A stretch of DNA of 24,000 nt from Methylomonas sp. (GTDB lineage: Bacteria; Pseudomonadota; Gammaproteobacteria; Methylococcales; Methylomonadaceae): contig PERU01000028.1 in the NCBI GenBank assembly GCA_002928965.1, positions 10,227 through 34,226 of the forward strand, in the 5' to 3' direction. Shown here one piece after another: positions 1 through 8,571 of this stretch (the stretch's first letter is position 1; every line of letters begins with the position of its first letter). The position numbers and the translations under genes were made by a program. The notes below the pieces were generated by a model. That model worked only from the letters and a program-made list of their open reading frames with translations, made no database searches and was not told where the DNA came from.

Positions 1-1334
1 CCGAGGTAACGCAAGGGCTTTTCTACATCGAGATAAGTCTGCGCGAACAATTGCCACAACTGTTCCGCGCCGATTTCGCCGCCTTGGCAGTCGGCATGGC
101 CTTGCACGACTTGCGCAAACTCCACCTGCAAACGGCGCGGCAGTACGATGCCATAATGGCTTTCCAGCAAATGGGCTATGCCGCCTTTGCCGGACTGGCT
201 GTTGATGCGGATCACCGCGTCGTAACCGCGGCCGACATCGGCCGGATCGAACGGCAGATAGGGCACATTCCAGACGCTATCTGGCTGCCGCGCGGCAAAG
301 CCTTTCTTGATCGCATCCTGGTGCGAGCCGGAAAACGCAGTGAACACCAACTCGCCGGCATAGGGTTGGCGCGGAGGCACGCTTAGGCTGGTGCAGGCCT
401 CGAAATCACGCACCACCGCATTGATGTCGGAAAAATCTAAGCCCGGAGCGATGCCTTGGGTATAAAGATTCAACGCCAACGTCACTAAATCCACGTTGCC
501 GGTACGTTCGCCGTTGCCGAACAAGCAGCCCTCGACGCGCTCGGCGCCGGCCATCAACGCCAGCTCGGCGGCGGCTACCGCGGTGCCGCGGTCGTTGTGC
601 GGATGCACACTGAGAATGACGCTGTCGCGGCGGGCGATATGGCGGTGCATCCATTCGATCTGGTCGGCGTAGACGTTCGGCGTCGCCGTTTCTACCGACG
701 ACGGCAAATTCAGAATGATCTTGTTATCCGGCGTCGCGCCCCAGGCGGCGCTGACCGCATCGCACACCTCGACGGCGAAATCCGGCTCGGTGGCGGTGAA
801 GGTTTCCAGGCTGTATTGCAAGACCCAGTGGGTTTGCGGCTGGTCGGCGGTCAATTGTTTGACCAGCCGTACCGCATCGACAGCCATCGCCAATACTTCG
901 GCCCGGCTCATGCCTAATACCAGTTCGCGAAACGGCTGGGAGGTTGCATTGACGATATGGACGATGGCCGAGCGCGCACCATGCAAGGCTTCTACAGTGC
1001 GGCGCAAAAGCGGCTCGCGGGCGTGGCTGAGCACTTCGATGGTGACGTCGTCGGGTATCAACGCCTCGTCTATCAAGCGGCGCACGAAATCGAAGTCGGT
1101 TTGTGAGGCCGACGGAAACGCCACTTCGATTTCCTTGAAGCCGATGGCGCACAAGGTGCTAAACAGGCGCAGTTTGCGTTCGGCGTTCATCGGTTCGAAC
1201 AAAGCCTGGTTGCCGTCGCGCAAATCGGTGCTCATCCAGATCGGGGCATGGATGATCGAGCGATTGGGCCAGCGGCGGTCGGCAAGCGCCACCGGCGGGA
1301 ATGGGCGATATTTGCGGGAAGGATCGGTCAACAT
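1..1334 (-). CDS. leuA: 2-isopropylmalate synthase, long (LeuA type 2) form; the C-terminal part runs off the left edge
   Basis: The minus strand is open from the window edge to the ATG at 1334..1332, so the ORF track misses it. My translation is [89 protein letters not shown], which are hallmark LeuA/HMGL-like motifs. Plus-strand ORFs 597..917 and 715..1353 are antisense artefacts. Confidence 0.9.
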   Translation of the reverse strand, partial: MLTDPSRKYRPFPPVALADRRWPNRSIIHAPIWMSTDLRDGNQALFEPMNAERKLRLFSTLCAIGFKEIEVAFPSASQTDFDFVRRLIDEALIPDDVTIEVLSHAREPLLRRTVEALHGARSAIVHIVNATSQPFRELVLGMSRAEVLAMAVDAVRLVKQLTADQPQTHWVLQYSLETFTATEPDFAVEVCDAVSAAWGATPDNKIILNLPSSVETATPNVYADQIEWMHRHIARRDSVILSVHPHNDRGTAVAAAELALMAGAERVEGCLFGNGERTGNVDLVTLALNLYTQGIAPGLDFSDINAVVRDFEACTSLSVPPRQPYAGELVFTAFSGSHQDAIKKGFAARQPDSVWNVPYLPFDPADVGRGYDAVIRINSQSGKGGIAHLLESHYGIVLPRRLQVEFAQVVQGHADCQGGEIGAEQLWQLFAQTYLDVEKPLRYL

Positions 1335-1423
1335 GGCTGTTTACTCTCGGTAAATGGGATGCCGATAAGATAAGCCAAACCGTCCGCTAGGCGATTGCGT
1401 TTATGTCATCTAAAATACTAATT

Positions 1424-1448
1424 ATTGATAGAATATTGCCGTATCAAT
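1424..1448. promoter_or_regulatory. Inverted repeat ATTGATA-N11-TATCAAT in the AT-rich leuA/Lrp-family divergent promoter region; candidate operator
   Basis: Read directly; the 7-bp arms are perfect. It lies between two divergent starts (1334 minus, 1497 plus). Function is inferred only. Confidence 0.25.
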
Positions 1449-1496
1449 GGAAAACTCTTTATTTAATTGTTTTATTGTCTGAATAAGGGATGTTTT

Positions 1497-1964
1497 ATGG
1501 AACTGGATCGATACGACATTCAAATCTTGAACATCCTGCAAGCCGACGGCCGCATCAGCAACCAGGAACTGGCCGACCGCATCGGCCTGTCGCCGTCGCC
1601 TTGCTTGCGGCGGGTGAGGGCGTTGGAGGAGGGTGGCCTGATCGTCGGCTACCGGGCCTTGTTGGATGCCAAAGCCTTGGGTCTGACGCTGATGGCCTTG
1701 ATCCACATTTCGATGGACCAACACACGCCTGAACGTTTCAGCGCCTTCGAAGCGGCGGTTGCCGGGATTCCGGAAGTGATGGAATGCCTATTGATCACCG
1801 GCCAGGCCGCCGACTACCAGCTCAAGGTTATGGTCAAAGACCTGGACGCCTACCAGGAATTGCTGCTGAAACGTATCACCGGCATACCCGGCGTGACTGG
1901 GGTGCATTCCAGTTTCGTGTTGCGGCGGGTGGTGGATAAGACGGCGTTTCCGGTTGGGACATGA
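1497..1964 (+). CDS. Lrp/AsnC family transcriptional regulator
   Basis: MELDRYDIQILNILQADGRISNQELADRIGLSPSPCLRRVRALEEGGLI is an AsnC-type HTH, and the C-terminal part looks like a RAM/ligand domain. I chose the ATG at 1497 (AAGGGA lies 7 nt upstream) rather than the track start at 1467. Confidence 0.9.
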   Translation: MELDRYDIQILNILQADGRISNQELADRIGLSPSPCLRRVRALEEGGLIVGYRALLDAKALGLTLMALIHISMDQHTPERFSAFEAAVAGIPEVMECLLITGQAADYQLKVMVKDLDAYQELLLKRITGIPGVTGVHSSFVLRRVVDKTAFPVGT

Positions 1965-2156
1965 TCGTTCCGAACTCATTGCTGGCCGAGTCAGTCTTCG
2001 CGTACAAAGGCCGCGCGGTTAAAACGTTTGACTGTAATTGGCTCGCCTAATACTATCCATACACCTAAAACCGCCATGATAAAACCTAAAAGCGCTCCCG
2101 CTTGGGTTTGAAGTCTTGCTGGCCGACAACTCGATGACCACCCCTTCAGGGATCAG

Positions 2157-3932
2157 ATGAAAAGCTATTTAATTTGTCTAAGCGCTATATTGCTTTTGCT
2201 AAGCGGTTGCGCGGGTTCGCCGCCGCTAAAGCCGGATACTTTACAACACGGCGATTATAGTTATCTCAAGGCTCATCTTGCCTGGCTGATTGAACAGGAA
2301 ATGTCCGAACAGGACGTGGAAGGTTTGAGTATTGCCGTGGTGGACGATCAACAGGTCGTCTGGTCGCAAGGTTTCGGCTATGCCGACCAAGCCAAGCAGA
2401 TTGCCGCCACACCGGAAACGGTTTATCGAGTCGGCTCCATCTCCAAACTTTTCACCGATACGTTGGTGATGCAACTGGCCGAGCAAGGCAAACTGGATAT
2501 TGATCGACCGTTGCAAACCTATCTGCCAAATTTCGCCATCAAAAGCCGCTTCCCGGACGCCGGGACTATTACAGTGCGCAATATCATGACGCATCATTCC
2601 GGCTTGCCGGGCGACGTCGGTAACGGCATGTGGACTAACAACCCGGCGCCATTCCGTCAGCTTGTCGATTCGTTGAAAGATGAGTATGTAGCCTATCCGC
2701 CCAATCGTATCTGGGCCTATTCGAATCTGGGTATCACCTTATTGGGGACGATGCTGGAACAGCTTACCGGCCAGGATTTCAGCAATTATGCCGACCGACA
2801 GTTGTTAAAACCGCTCGGTATGTCAAATGCGGCATTTTCGCTCGGTATTGACGGAAAACTGGCCTCCAAAGCCTATAAAAATGATCAGGAAAAGACGGAA
2901 GTGGCACTGCGCGATATGCCGGCCGGGGGCTTGAACGCGAATGTCTTGGATTTGAGCCGCTTTATCGCCATGGTATTGGCGGACGGCAAAACCAATGGCC
3001 AACCAATATTAAAACCGGAAACCTTGCATGAAATGCTGCGCCAGCAAAACCAGGATGTGGCGCTGGATGTGGGTACTAAAACCGGTTTGGGTTGGTTCTT
3101 GACCAGCAAGCCCGGTATCGGCGATGTCGCCGCACACGGCGGAGCCACGCTTTTCCATCGTAGCCTGCTGACGGTGCTGCCGGAACACAAGCTGGGCGTG
3201 GTCGTGCTGGCAAATTCCCCGCCCAGCGGCGACTTGATCGACAAAGTCACCGATAAGGCCCTAAAACTCGCGGTTGCGATAAAAACCGGTATGCCGTTGT
3301 CGGAGGATACCGAAACACCCGTGGTCGAAACCCGCAGCTTAACCCCGCAAGAACAGCAACTGGGAGCAGGGCAATATGCAACCGCGCTGGGTTACATCAA
3401 GTTAACGGAGGATGGTGATATCCTATCCACTGAGCTGAACGGCAGCAGCATGGATTTGGTTGGCCGGGCGGATGGTAAATTCGGCATTCGCTACAAGCTG
3501 CTGGGTTTGATTCCGCTACAACCCACGCAGCTGGCCGAAGTCGGCGTGTCGGTGCGCCAGGTCGACGGCCGTGACCTGGCGCTGGCCCATTGGCAAGGGC
3601 AAACCTTTGTGTTGGGAGAAAAAATTCAACCGGTAGCGATTCCCGAATCCATGCGCAGTCGTCTGGGCGAATACGAGATTGTAAATCTTGCCGAAGGCGA
3701 GGCGATGGTTCCTGAAAAATGCGCCCTACGCGAACGGGACGGTTTTTTGATGCTGGAATATTCCATCCCCGCTTTCGACATAAATAATCTGACTTTTCCC
3801 ATTGCGCCGGTATCGGAAAATGCAGCCGTCATTCTTGGACTGGGACGAGGCATGCAGGAAACCGTTCGGCTGGAGACGATCAATGGACAAGAGTTTGTCG
3901 CCTATTCCGGGTATTTATTGCGGAAGAAATGA
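2157..3932 (+). CDS. Serine hydrolase of the beta-lactamase/PBP (class C-like) family, predicted lipoprotein, with a C-terminal extension of about 200 aa of unknown function
   Basis: Lipobox LLLLSGC near the N-terminus. Motifs S-x-x-K (GSISKLF), Y-x-N (YSNLG) and HGG are present. Confidence 0.85.
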   Translation: MKSYLICLSAILLLLSGCAGSPPLKPDTLQHGDYSYLKAHLAWLIEQEMSEQDVEGLSIAVVDDQQVVWSQGFGYADQAKQIAATPETVYRVGSISKLFTDTLVMQLAEQGKLDIDRPLQTYLPNFAIKSRFPDAGTITVRNIMTHHSGLPGDVGNGMWTNNPAPFRQLVDSLKDEYVAYPPNRIWAYSNLGITLLGTMLEQLTGQDFSNYADRQLLKPLGMSNAAFSLGIDGKLASKAYKNDQEKTEVALRDMPAGGLNANVLDLSRFIAMVLADGKTNGQPILKPETLHEMLRQQNQDVALDVGTKTGLGWFLTSKPGIGDVAAHGGATLFHRSLLTVLPEHKLGVVVLANSPPSGDLIDKVTDKALKLAVAIKTGMPLSEDTETPVVETRSLTPQEQQLGAGQYATALGYIKLTEDGDILSTELNGSSMDLVGRADGKFGIRYKLLGLIPLQPTQLAEVGVSVRQVDGRDLALAHWQGQTFVLGEKIQPVAIPESMRSRLGEYEIVNLAEGEAMVPEKCALRERDGFLMLEYSIPAFDINNLTFPIAPVSENAAVILGLGRGMQETVRLETINGQEFVAYSGYLLRKK

Positions 3933-4087
3933 CTAATGCCTGACTTTGAATAGGCTGCCACATTAAGAGTTGGCTTTCTTCACCGGGCCGTTTTTCAACG
4001 CCAAGGCTTTGCCATTAAGGCGGCGCAAGTTAAAACGGGTTTTATAAGTGTTCCCAATCTTGCAATCATCCATCAAGAGGTCTTCCG

Positions 4088-4459
4088 GTGAGCGAATTTA
4101 TCGCCTATCTGTCTGAAGTGTTCGAACTGTTCGGCAGCATTCAGATCCGCAAGATGTTCGGGGGCTATGGGGTCTACCACGATGGCTTGATGTTTGCCCT
4201 GGTGGCCGACGAGACCCTTTATCTCAAGGCGGATGCTGAAAATGCAAAGTTTTTCGAGGAACAGGGGCTTGCGCAATTCGCCTATCAGCGGGAAGGCAAG
4301 ATGGCGAAAATGTCGTATTACCAAGCACCGGCCGAGTTTATGGAAGACCGCGAGCAGGCTTCTGTATGGGCGCGGCGCTCATACGATGCCGCGCGGCGGG
4401 CCCAACGTAAAAAACGCAAAAGCAAAACGGACACAGCAGTGATACGTCATTTAGACTGA
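4088..4459 (+). CDS. TfoX/Sxy N-terminal domain protein
   Basis: The pattern RKMFGGYGVYHDGLMFALVADETLYLKAD is typical of the TfoX_N domain. GTG start. No TfoX C-terminal domain is present. Confidence 0.8.
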   Translation: MSEFIAYLSEVFELFGSIQIRKMFGGYGVYHDGLMFALVADETLYLKADAENAKFFEEQGLAQFAYQREGKMAKMSYYQAPAEFMEDREQASVWARRSYDAARRAQRKKRKSKTDTAVIRHLD

Positions 4460-4469
4460 TTCAGAACAC

Positions 4470-4955
4470 CTAATATCGAATAATGTTGAAACCCTCTTCC
4501 TGCTGAGGGGCTACGAAGTAACTCGTGATTAGGTCAAATTCGGTATCAGCCACTACAAAAACGTGAGTGTCAGACCTGTTTCTCGCACGTAAACGTGTCA
4601 AGCATTTGTCGTCCGACACATCAAGAAAATGCAGTACATGCGCCGATTCGACTATGTCGATAAGAGATCTCATCCATTTTCGGTTTGCGACGGTGTTGGC
4701 TGGAAAATCTAATACCACGGACACACCTATACGAAGTAAATCGGTCACGTGTGGCCCGATCGCGCCACGCAAATTCGAAGCACACCGAACATAGTCCGTC
4801 ACAGTCTTGATGTCGTCTGGATAAAGATGTGCAAGCCAAGTGTCCTCGCTGAGGATCACCGTGTCCGGAGTCTTGGCCAGTTCCTTTGCCAGTGTCGATT
4901 TGCCAGAGGCGATTTTTCCGCAGAGCAAATGCAGTGTTGGCAGTAATTTTGACAT
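4470..4955 (-). CDS. P-loop ATP-binding protein (AAA_33 / zeta-toxin-like small kinase fold)
   Basis: Walker A CGKIASGKST. I chose the start at MSKLLPTLHLL (ATG 4955..4953). It lies 1 nt after the stop of the upstream gene, so the two are probably translationally coupled. Confidence 0.75.
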   Translation of the reverse strand: MSKLLPTLHLLCGKIASGKSTLAKELAKTPDTVILSEDTWLAHLYPDDIKTVTDYVRCASNLRGAIGPHVTDLLRIGVSVVLDFPANTVANRKWMRSLIDIVESAHVLHFLDVSDDKCLTRLRARNRSDTHVFVVADTEFDLITSYFVAPQQEEGFNIIRY

Positions 4956-4956
4956 T

Positions 4957-5355
4957 TTACATGGCTCCCAGTAAGTCAGTGCCATACGAATTATCAATAA
5001 CACAAAGCCACTTGCCGGCAGGGTCCTCCCGGAATACATAGGTGGCGCGTCGTGAGATGCAACTCGTCACACCGCTGTTATCGGTCGTTTCCAGAACGGT
5101 TTCCATAATCACTAGAGCCGTATTCCCGCCCTGAATGACATGCATTGCGCCTTGTTTGACCACAAGGCTATGATTGAAATATTCGGCAATTGCGAGGAAC
5201 GCCTTATGGATTTGTTCCTTGCCTGTTGCAATCAAGCTTGGCTTGATGACAAGCGTTGCATCGTCTGCGTAGAAAGCCATCAATGAATCGAAGTCCTCTT
5301 CAGTGATTGCTTTGTCAGCAGCTTCGATCATTTGTTTGAGCGGATGGTATGCCAT
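4957..5355 (-). CDS. SnoaL-like / NTF2-fold (ketosteroid-isomerase-like) protein
   Basis: About 130 aa. The N-terminal pattern ..AITEEDFDSLMAFYADDATLV.. is typical of the SnoaL/DUF4440 class. A strong SD (AAGGAG) lies 7 nt before the ATG at 5355. Confidence 0.7.
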   Translation of the reverse strand: MAYHPLKQMIEAADKAITEEDFDSLMAFYADDATLVIKPSLIATGKEQIHKAFLAIAEYFNHSLVVKQGAMHVIQGGNTALVIMETVLETTDNSGVTSCISRRATYVFREDPAGKWLCVIDNSYGTDLLGAM

Positions 5356-5395
5356 ATCAATCTCCTTGGTAGGGTAAGTTCCCAAGAGACAGGCA

Positions 5396-5421
5396 ATAAA
5401 AAACCCGCCTCAGGGCGGGTT
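5396..5421 (-). terminator. Rho-independent terminator, active on the minus strand
   Basis: Perfect 8-bp stem AACCCGCC/GGCGGGTT with a 4-nt loop (5402..5421). On the minus strand it is followed by a T-run (the plus-strand A-run 5398..5403). Confidence 0.7.
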
Positions 5422-5684
5422 GCAGTAGAAAGTAAACGTGCTAACCCACCATTGGTGAAATGGTGGTAATAATAGCCAGCAGGGTTGGGAACACGTTAAT
5501 CATGATGGGATGTTAACAGAGGTTATAGTGCCGATCAAAGGATAAACTAGCAGTGCTCGATTTTTTAGAAATACAACATCGGCTCCCTAAAGCTGCCGAT
5601 CAATAAAATCCGATCGAGTAAGATTCGCTGCGGAGAATCCCGCCTTTTGCATGCCAGCTTGGTTCGGCTGTTGATAGCGGCGTT

Positions 5685-6146
5685 TCAATTCCTCGCCAAT
5701 TGCATCTTCCATGCCGCCCGCGCTATCAGCACAATAGCCCCAAGAAAACCGATCGTGGTCAACGAAAAGCTCAGCATAGCCTGGAACGGAAAGTGCGGTT
5801 CGACCGGGATTGTCGCAACGGCCTTGGGCGTCAGGCCTCTTAGCAAAAACGCCAGCGGATTGAAAAATGCGCCAAAGCAACAGGCCGCGATCAGCCAATA
5901 CGGCGGGTCTATGGCATATTGGCGAAAGCCCAAGAAAAAGATCAGCAGAAACTGAGCCATCATCAGGTAATCGACATGGGCGCGGATGATGTCGTCGCGT
6001 TCCGCCAGGCGGGCGGCCAACGCACCGTCCGGGAAAAACAGGGTGACGCCCAGCACCCAGGCAATGGCCAATGCTATGAGCAGACACAGTCCGCCAAAGC
6101 TTAACAAAATCAGATTGGCGGTGGAGACAGGGTTTTGTGCGGTCAT
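5685..6146 (-). CDS. Hypothetical integral membrane protein (about 4 TM segments)
   Basis: Hydrophobic segments LILLSFGGLCLLIALAIAWVLGV, MMAQFLLIFFLGF, LIAACCFGAFFNPLAFLL and SFSLTTIGFLGAIVLIA. The overlapping ORF 5587..6087 is Arg/Pro/Gly-rich, which marks it as an off-frame artefact. Confidence 0.6.
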   Translation of the reverse strand: MTAQNPVSTANLILLSFGGLCLLIALAIAWVLGVTLFFPDGALAARLAERDDIIRAHVDYLMMAQFLLIFFLGFRQYAIDPPYWLIAACCFGAFFNPLAFLLRGLTPKAVATIPVEPHFPFQAMLSFSLTTIGFLGAIVLIARAAWKMQLARN

Positions 6147-6263
6147 GGTTTTCCTCGTCGAATTGTTAAGGGATAAGCGCTGGCGGAGCGAAGATTGTTT
6201 GGGCTACCGGCTTTGGATTAGACTTCGCCTAAATTTTGTGGCTGGCGACGAGGAGTCTAAACG

Positions 6264-7070
6264 ATGATGGAAACACCGCGCTTGTACGAACGTGCTGCAC
6301 TCGGCGATAACCCGTTCGACGCACTATGGGATATTCGAGACGGCCGTACGTATTTCACCGGTCCTTTGTACTACAACGCCAGCCACCAGCACGGCGCGCC
6401 GGTATATCTGGCCAGCCTCTACGGCAAGTTTCGCTTGCGTCTGCACGGCGGCGATTGGCTGTGGTGCCGCACTGCCGTTATTCCGGCCGGAGTGTTGCAT
6501 GAACTGGATGTCGGCGGCGAGCCGATTACCGTACTGTATATCGAGCCTACCGTCGCCGGCGCCGATGCCTTCAAGCCGCTGATTAACAATAGCCGGGCGC
6601 TCGATGGCGCCTTGGTCGGCAACGGCGGCGAAATTCGTTTCATGCGCGACTTGTACGAAGACCGCTACAAGCCGGACTGGACGACGGAACCGCTGCTGGA
6701 TTTATTGGGATACGCCAAGCGGCGCGTCCACTCCGCCGTCATCGATCCGCGCCTGACGCGTGTCGTCGATTATTTATCCGAACACGGCGACGACCTAACA
6801 CCGGTGGTGACCTGGGCCATGCAAGCCGGTTTGTCCCCGTCGCGTTTTCAGCACTTGTTTACCGAACAAATCGGCGTGCCGTTCCGGCGTTATCGTGCCT
6901 GGAACCGGATGCGCCAGGCGATTCGTAAAATCATACGCGGCCAAAACTTTACCACGGCGGCACACGCCTCCGGCTTTACCGACTCCGCGCATTTCAGCCA
7001 CGAATTCCGCAAAACCTTCGGCGCGCCGGCTACGATAGGCCTGCACCGATTGGCGAGGTTGCAGCCTTAA
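6264..7070 (+). CDS. AraC family transcriptional regulator
   Basis: C-terminal double HTH (..SPSRFQHLFTEQIGVPFRRY.. and ..GFTDSAHFSHEFRKTFGAPA..). The N-terminal part looks like a cupin-type sensor domain. Confidence 0.85.
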   Translation: MMETPRLYERAALGDNPFDALWDIRDGRTYFTGPLYYNASHQHGAPVYLASLYGKFRLRLHGGDWLWCRTAVIPAGVLHELDVGGEPITVLYIEPTVAGADAFKPLINNSRALDGALVGNGGEIRFMRDLYEDRYKPDWTTEPLLDLLGYAKRRVHSAVIDPRLTRVVDYLSEHGDDLTPVVTWAMQAGLSPSRFQHLFTEQIGVPFRRYRAWNRMRQAIRKIIRGQNFTTAAHASGFTDSAHFSHEFRKTFGAPATIGLHRLARLQP

Positions 7071-7216
7071 GTCTTGCAAAGCCTGTTGCGGCAAAGAGAA
7101 GTAGCCCATAAGCAGAAACGAGTAATGCGTACAGGGACGCGGGAGCGTTCGAAATGCGTGGCGGGTTACAATCCTTCGTTCCGGTTAGCAAGTCAATTCG
7201 TCAATGGCAATTGAAC

Positions 7217-7245
7217 TTGACGCTCAGACCTGTTTTTCATTAAAT
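7217..7245 (+). promoter_or_regulatory. Candidate sigma70 promoter for the riboswitch-ribB transcript
   Basis: TTGACG (7217..7222), a 17-nt spacer, then TTAAAT (7240..7245), just upstream of the riboswitch 5' end. This is pattern matching only. Confidence 0.3.
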
Positions 7246-7249
7246 GACC

Positions 7250-7412
7250 GCGCTTGTACTCATGGCGGGGCGGAATTCCCCACCGGCGGTATCTCGGGTT
7301 TGACTCGAGGAGCCCGCGAGCGCCGCAATCTCTGTTGTTGAGAATGCGGGTCAGCAGATCCGGTGAGATGCCGGGGCCGACGGTCATAGTCCGGATGAAA
7401 GAGAACGGCGCC
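7250..7412 (+). promoter_or_regulatory. FMN riboswitch (RFN element)
   Basis: The conserved RFN blocks are present in order: GGGGCGGAATTCCCCACCGGCGGTA .. AGCCCGCGAGCGCC .. GGTCAGCAGATCCGGTGAGATGCCGGGGCCGACGGTCATAGTCCGGATGAAAGAGAA. It sits directly upstream of ribB. ORFs 7193..7423(-) and 7254..7499(+) lie over it and are artefacts. Confidence 0.85.
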
Positions 7413-7517
7413 AAGTATTCCACACGTTTTGTCGTGTCCGGAAGGCTTGTTTCTGCTCGTAAATATTATCTTTCAGCCCTGATTCTGGTGCTTCCATAAC
7501 TTATTAGGAGTTTTACC

Positions 7518-8203
7518 ATGAATCAGACTTTATTGACCCCGTTCGGCGATGCGAACGAACGCGTGGAATACGCGTTAGCCGCTTTGCGTCGAGGGCAGGG
7601 AGTGTTAGTCACCGATGACGAGGCGCGCGAGAACGAGGGCGACCTCATATTTGCCGCCGAAACCCTCAGTGTGCCGCAAATGGCCATGCTGATCCGACAT
7701 TGCAGCGGCATCGTTTGCCTTTGCTTGCCGGAAGAAAAAACCCAATCTTTAGGGTTACCGATGATGGCGGAGCATAATTCCAGCCGCTACAGTACGGCTT
7801 TTACCGTCTCAATCGAAGCGGCACACGGTGTCACCACTGGCGTCTCAGCGGCTGATCGGGTTCGGACTGTGCAAGCGGCGATTGCGGCCGATGCCAAAGC
7901 GGATGATTTACGCCGGCCCGGCCATGTATTTCCATTAAAGGCCCGGCCGGGCGGCGTATTGGAGCGCGCCGGTCATACCGAAGTGACGGTGGATTAATGC
8001 GGTTGGCTGGGCTTAAGCCTTACGGCGTGTTATGCGAACTGACCAACCCCGACGGCTCGATGGCGCGCCTGGCGGAAATCGTCGAGTTTGGCCGTTGCCA
8101 TCAGATGCCGGTATTGACCGTCGCTGATGTGATTGCCTACCGTTTGGCACGCGAATCGCCGGCGTTATCTTTGGTATCGGAACGTTTGACAGCTATCGCT
8201 TGA
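7518..8203 (+). pseudogene. ribB: 3,4-dihydroxy-2-butanone-4-phosphate synthase interrupted by a 1-nt frameshift into two ORFs (7518..7997 and 7997..8203)
   Basis: Both ORFs align end to end with RibB ([23 protein letters not shown] then [17 protein letters not shown]..). The junction reads GAT TAA TGC, where GAT TTA ATG (D-L-M) is expected. Confidence 0.85.
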
Positions 8204-8205
8204 CG

Positions 8206-8445
8206 CTATTCAGCAACTCTAGCCGTCGCGCTGGGGTTGCTGTTTTCAATCGGATAGTCGTGGTTATCTAATTTAACCGCAAGAATCTGAGATTTGAGTA
8301 TCCAAATTAAGCGCCTATTGTTTGTTGATTTGAAAAGGTGAACGCGCGACGTCATGGCGGCCTTACGCTTGGTTTCGCTGAAAAGTGCGGTGGTCCGCAA
8401 CCCATTTTGTAGCAAAGCTTCGATAACTTTTAACCAATTTTCCAC
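8206..8445 (-). pseudogene. Possible N-terminally truncated HigB-family (RelE-fold) toxin-like remnant
   Basis: Weak pattern match only: ..NWLKVIEA.. then FKSTNNRRLIWIL .. NHDY resembles the HigB_toxin signature F.I.GN.YRLI....H.EYD. GTG start. There is no partner antitoxin gene downstream, because the ribB 3' end abuts it. Confidence 0.25.
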
Positions 8446-8460
8446 CTATTAGGATGTCAC

Positions 8461-8571
8461 TTGGCGCTAACCTTAATCATCGGCAACAAAAATTATTCGC
8501 CCTGGCCCTTACGCCCTTGGCTGGCAGAGGCGCAAGTAGAAACTGAAATTAGTCAGGCGCCCGAAGAATGA
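8461..8571 (+). pseudogene. N-terminal stub of a glutathione S-transferase-like gene (35 codons)
   Basis: A TTG start gives (M)ALTLIIGNKNYSPWPLRPWL, which I recall as the conserved N-terminus of a GST subfamily (..IIGNKNYSSWSLRPW..). It then diverges and stops. Its TGA overlaps the ATG of the EamA gene (ATGA). Confidence 0.4.

Noticed and set aside
597-1353. Plus-strand ORFs 597..917 and 715..1353, and minus-strand ORF 724..1152.
   Set aside because: They are antisense or off-frame to the clearly homologous leuA reading frame, and their composition is the Arg/Ala/Gly-rich bias typical of off-frame ORFs.
3963-4073. A 36-aa basic ORF on the minus strand (MDDCKIGNTYKTRFNLRRLNGKALALKNGPVKKANS) between the serine hydrolase and tfoX.
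   Set aside because: The SD is weak. It has only a vague resemblance to PhnA/YjdM C-termini, which I cannot substantiate without a search.
7193-7499. Track ORFs 7193..7423(-) and 7254..7499(+).
   Set aside because: They lie over the FMN riboswitch. The sequence is explained by the conserved RNA element.
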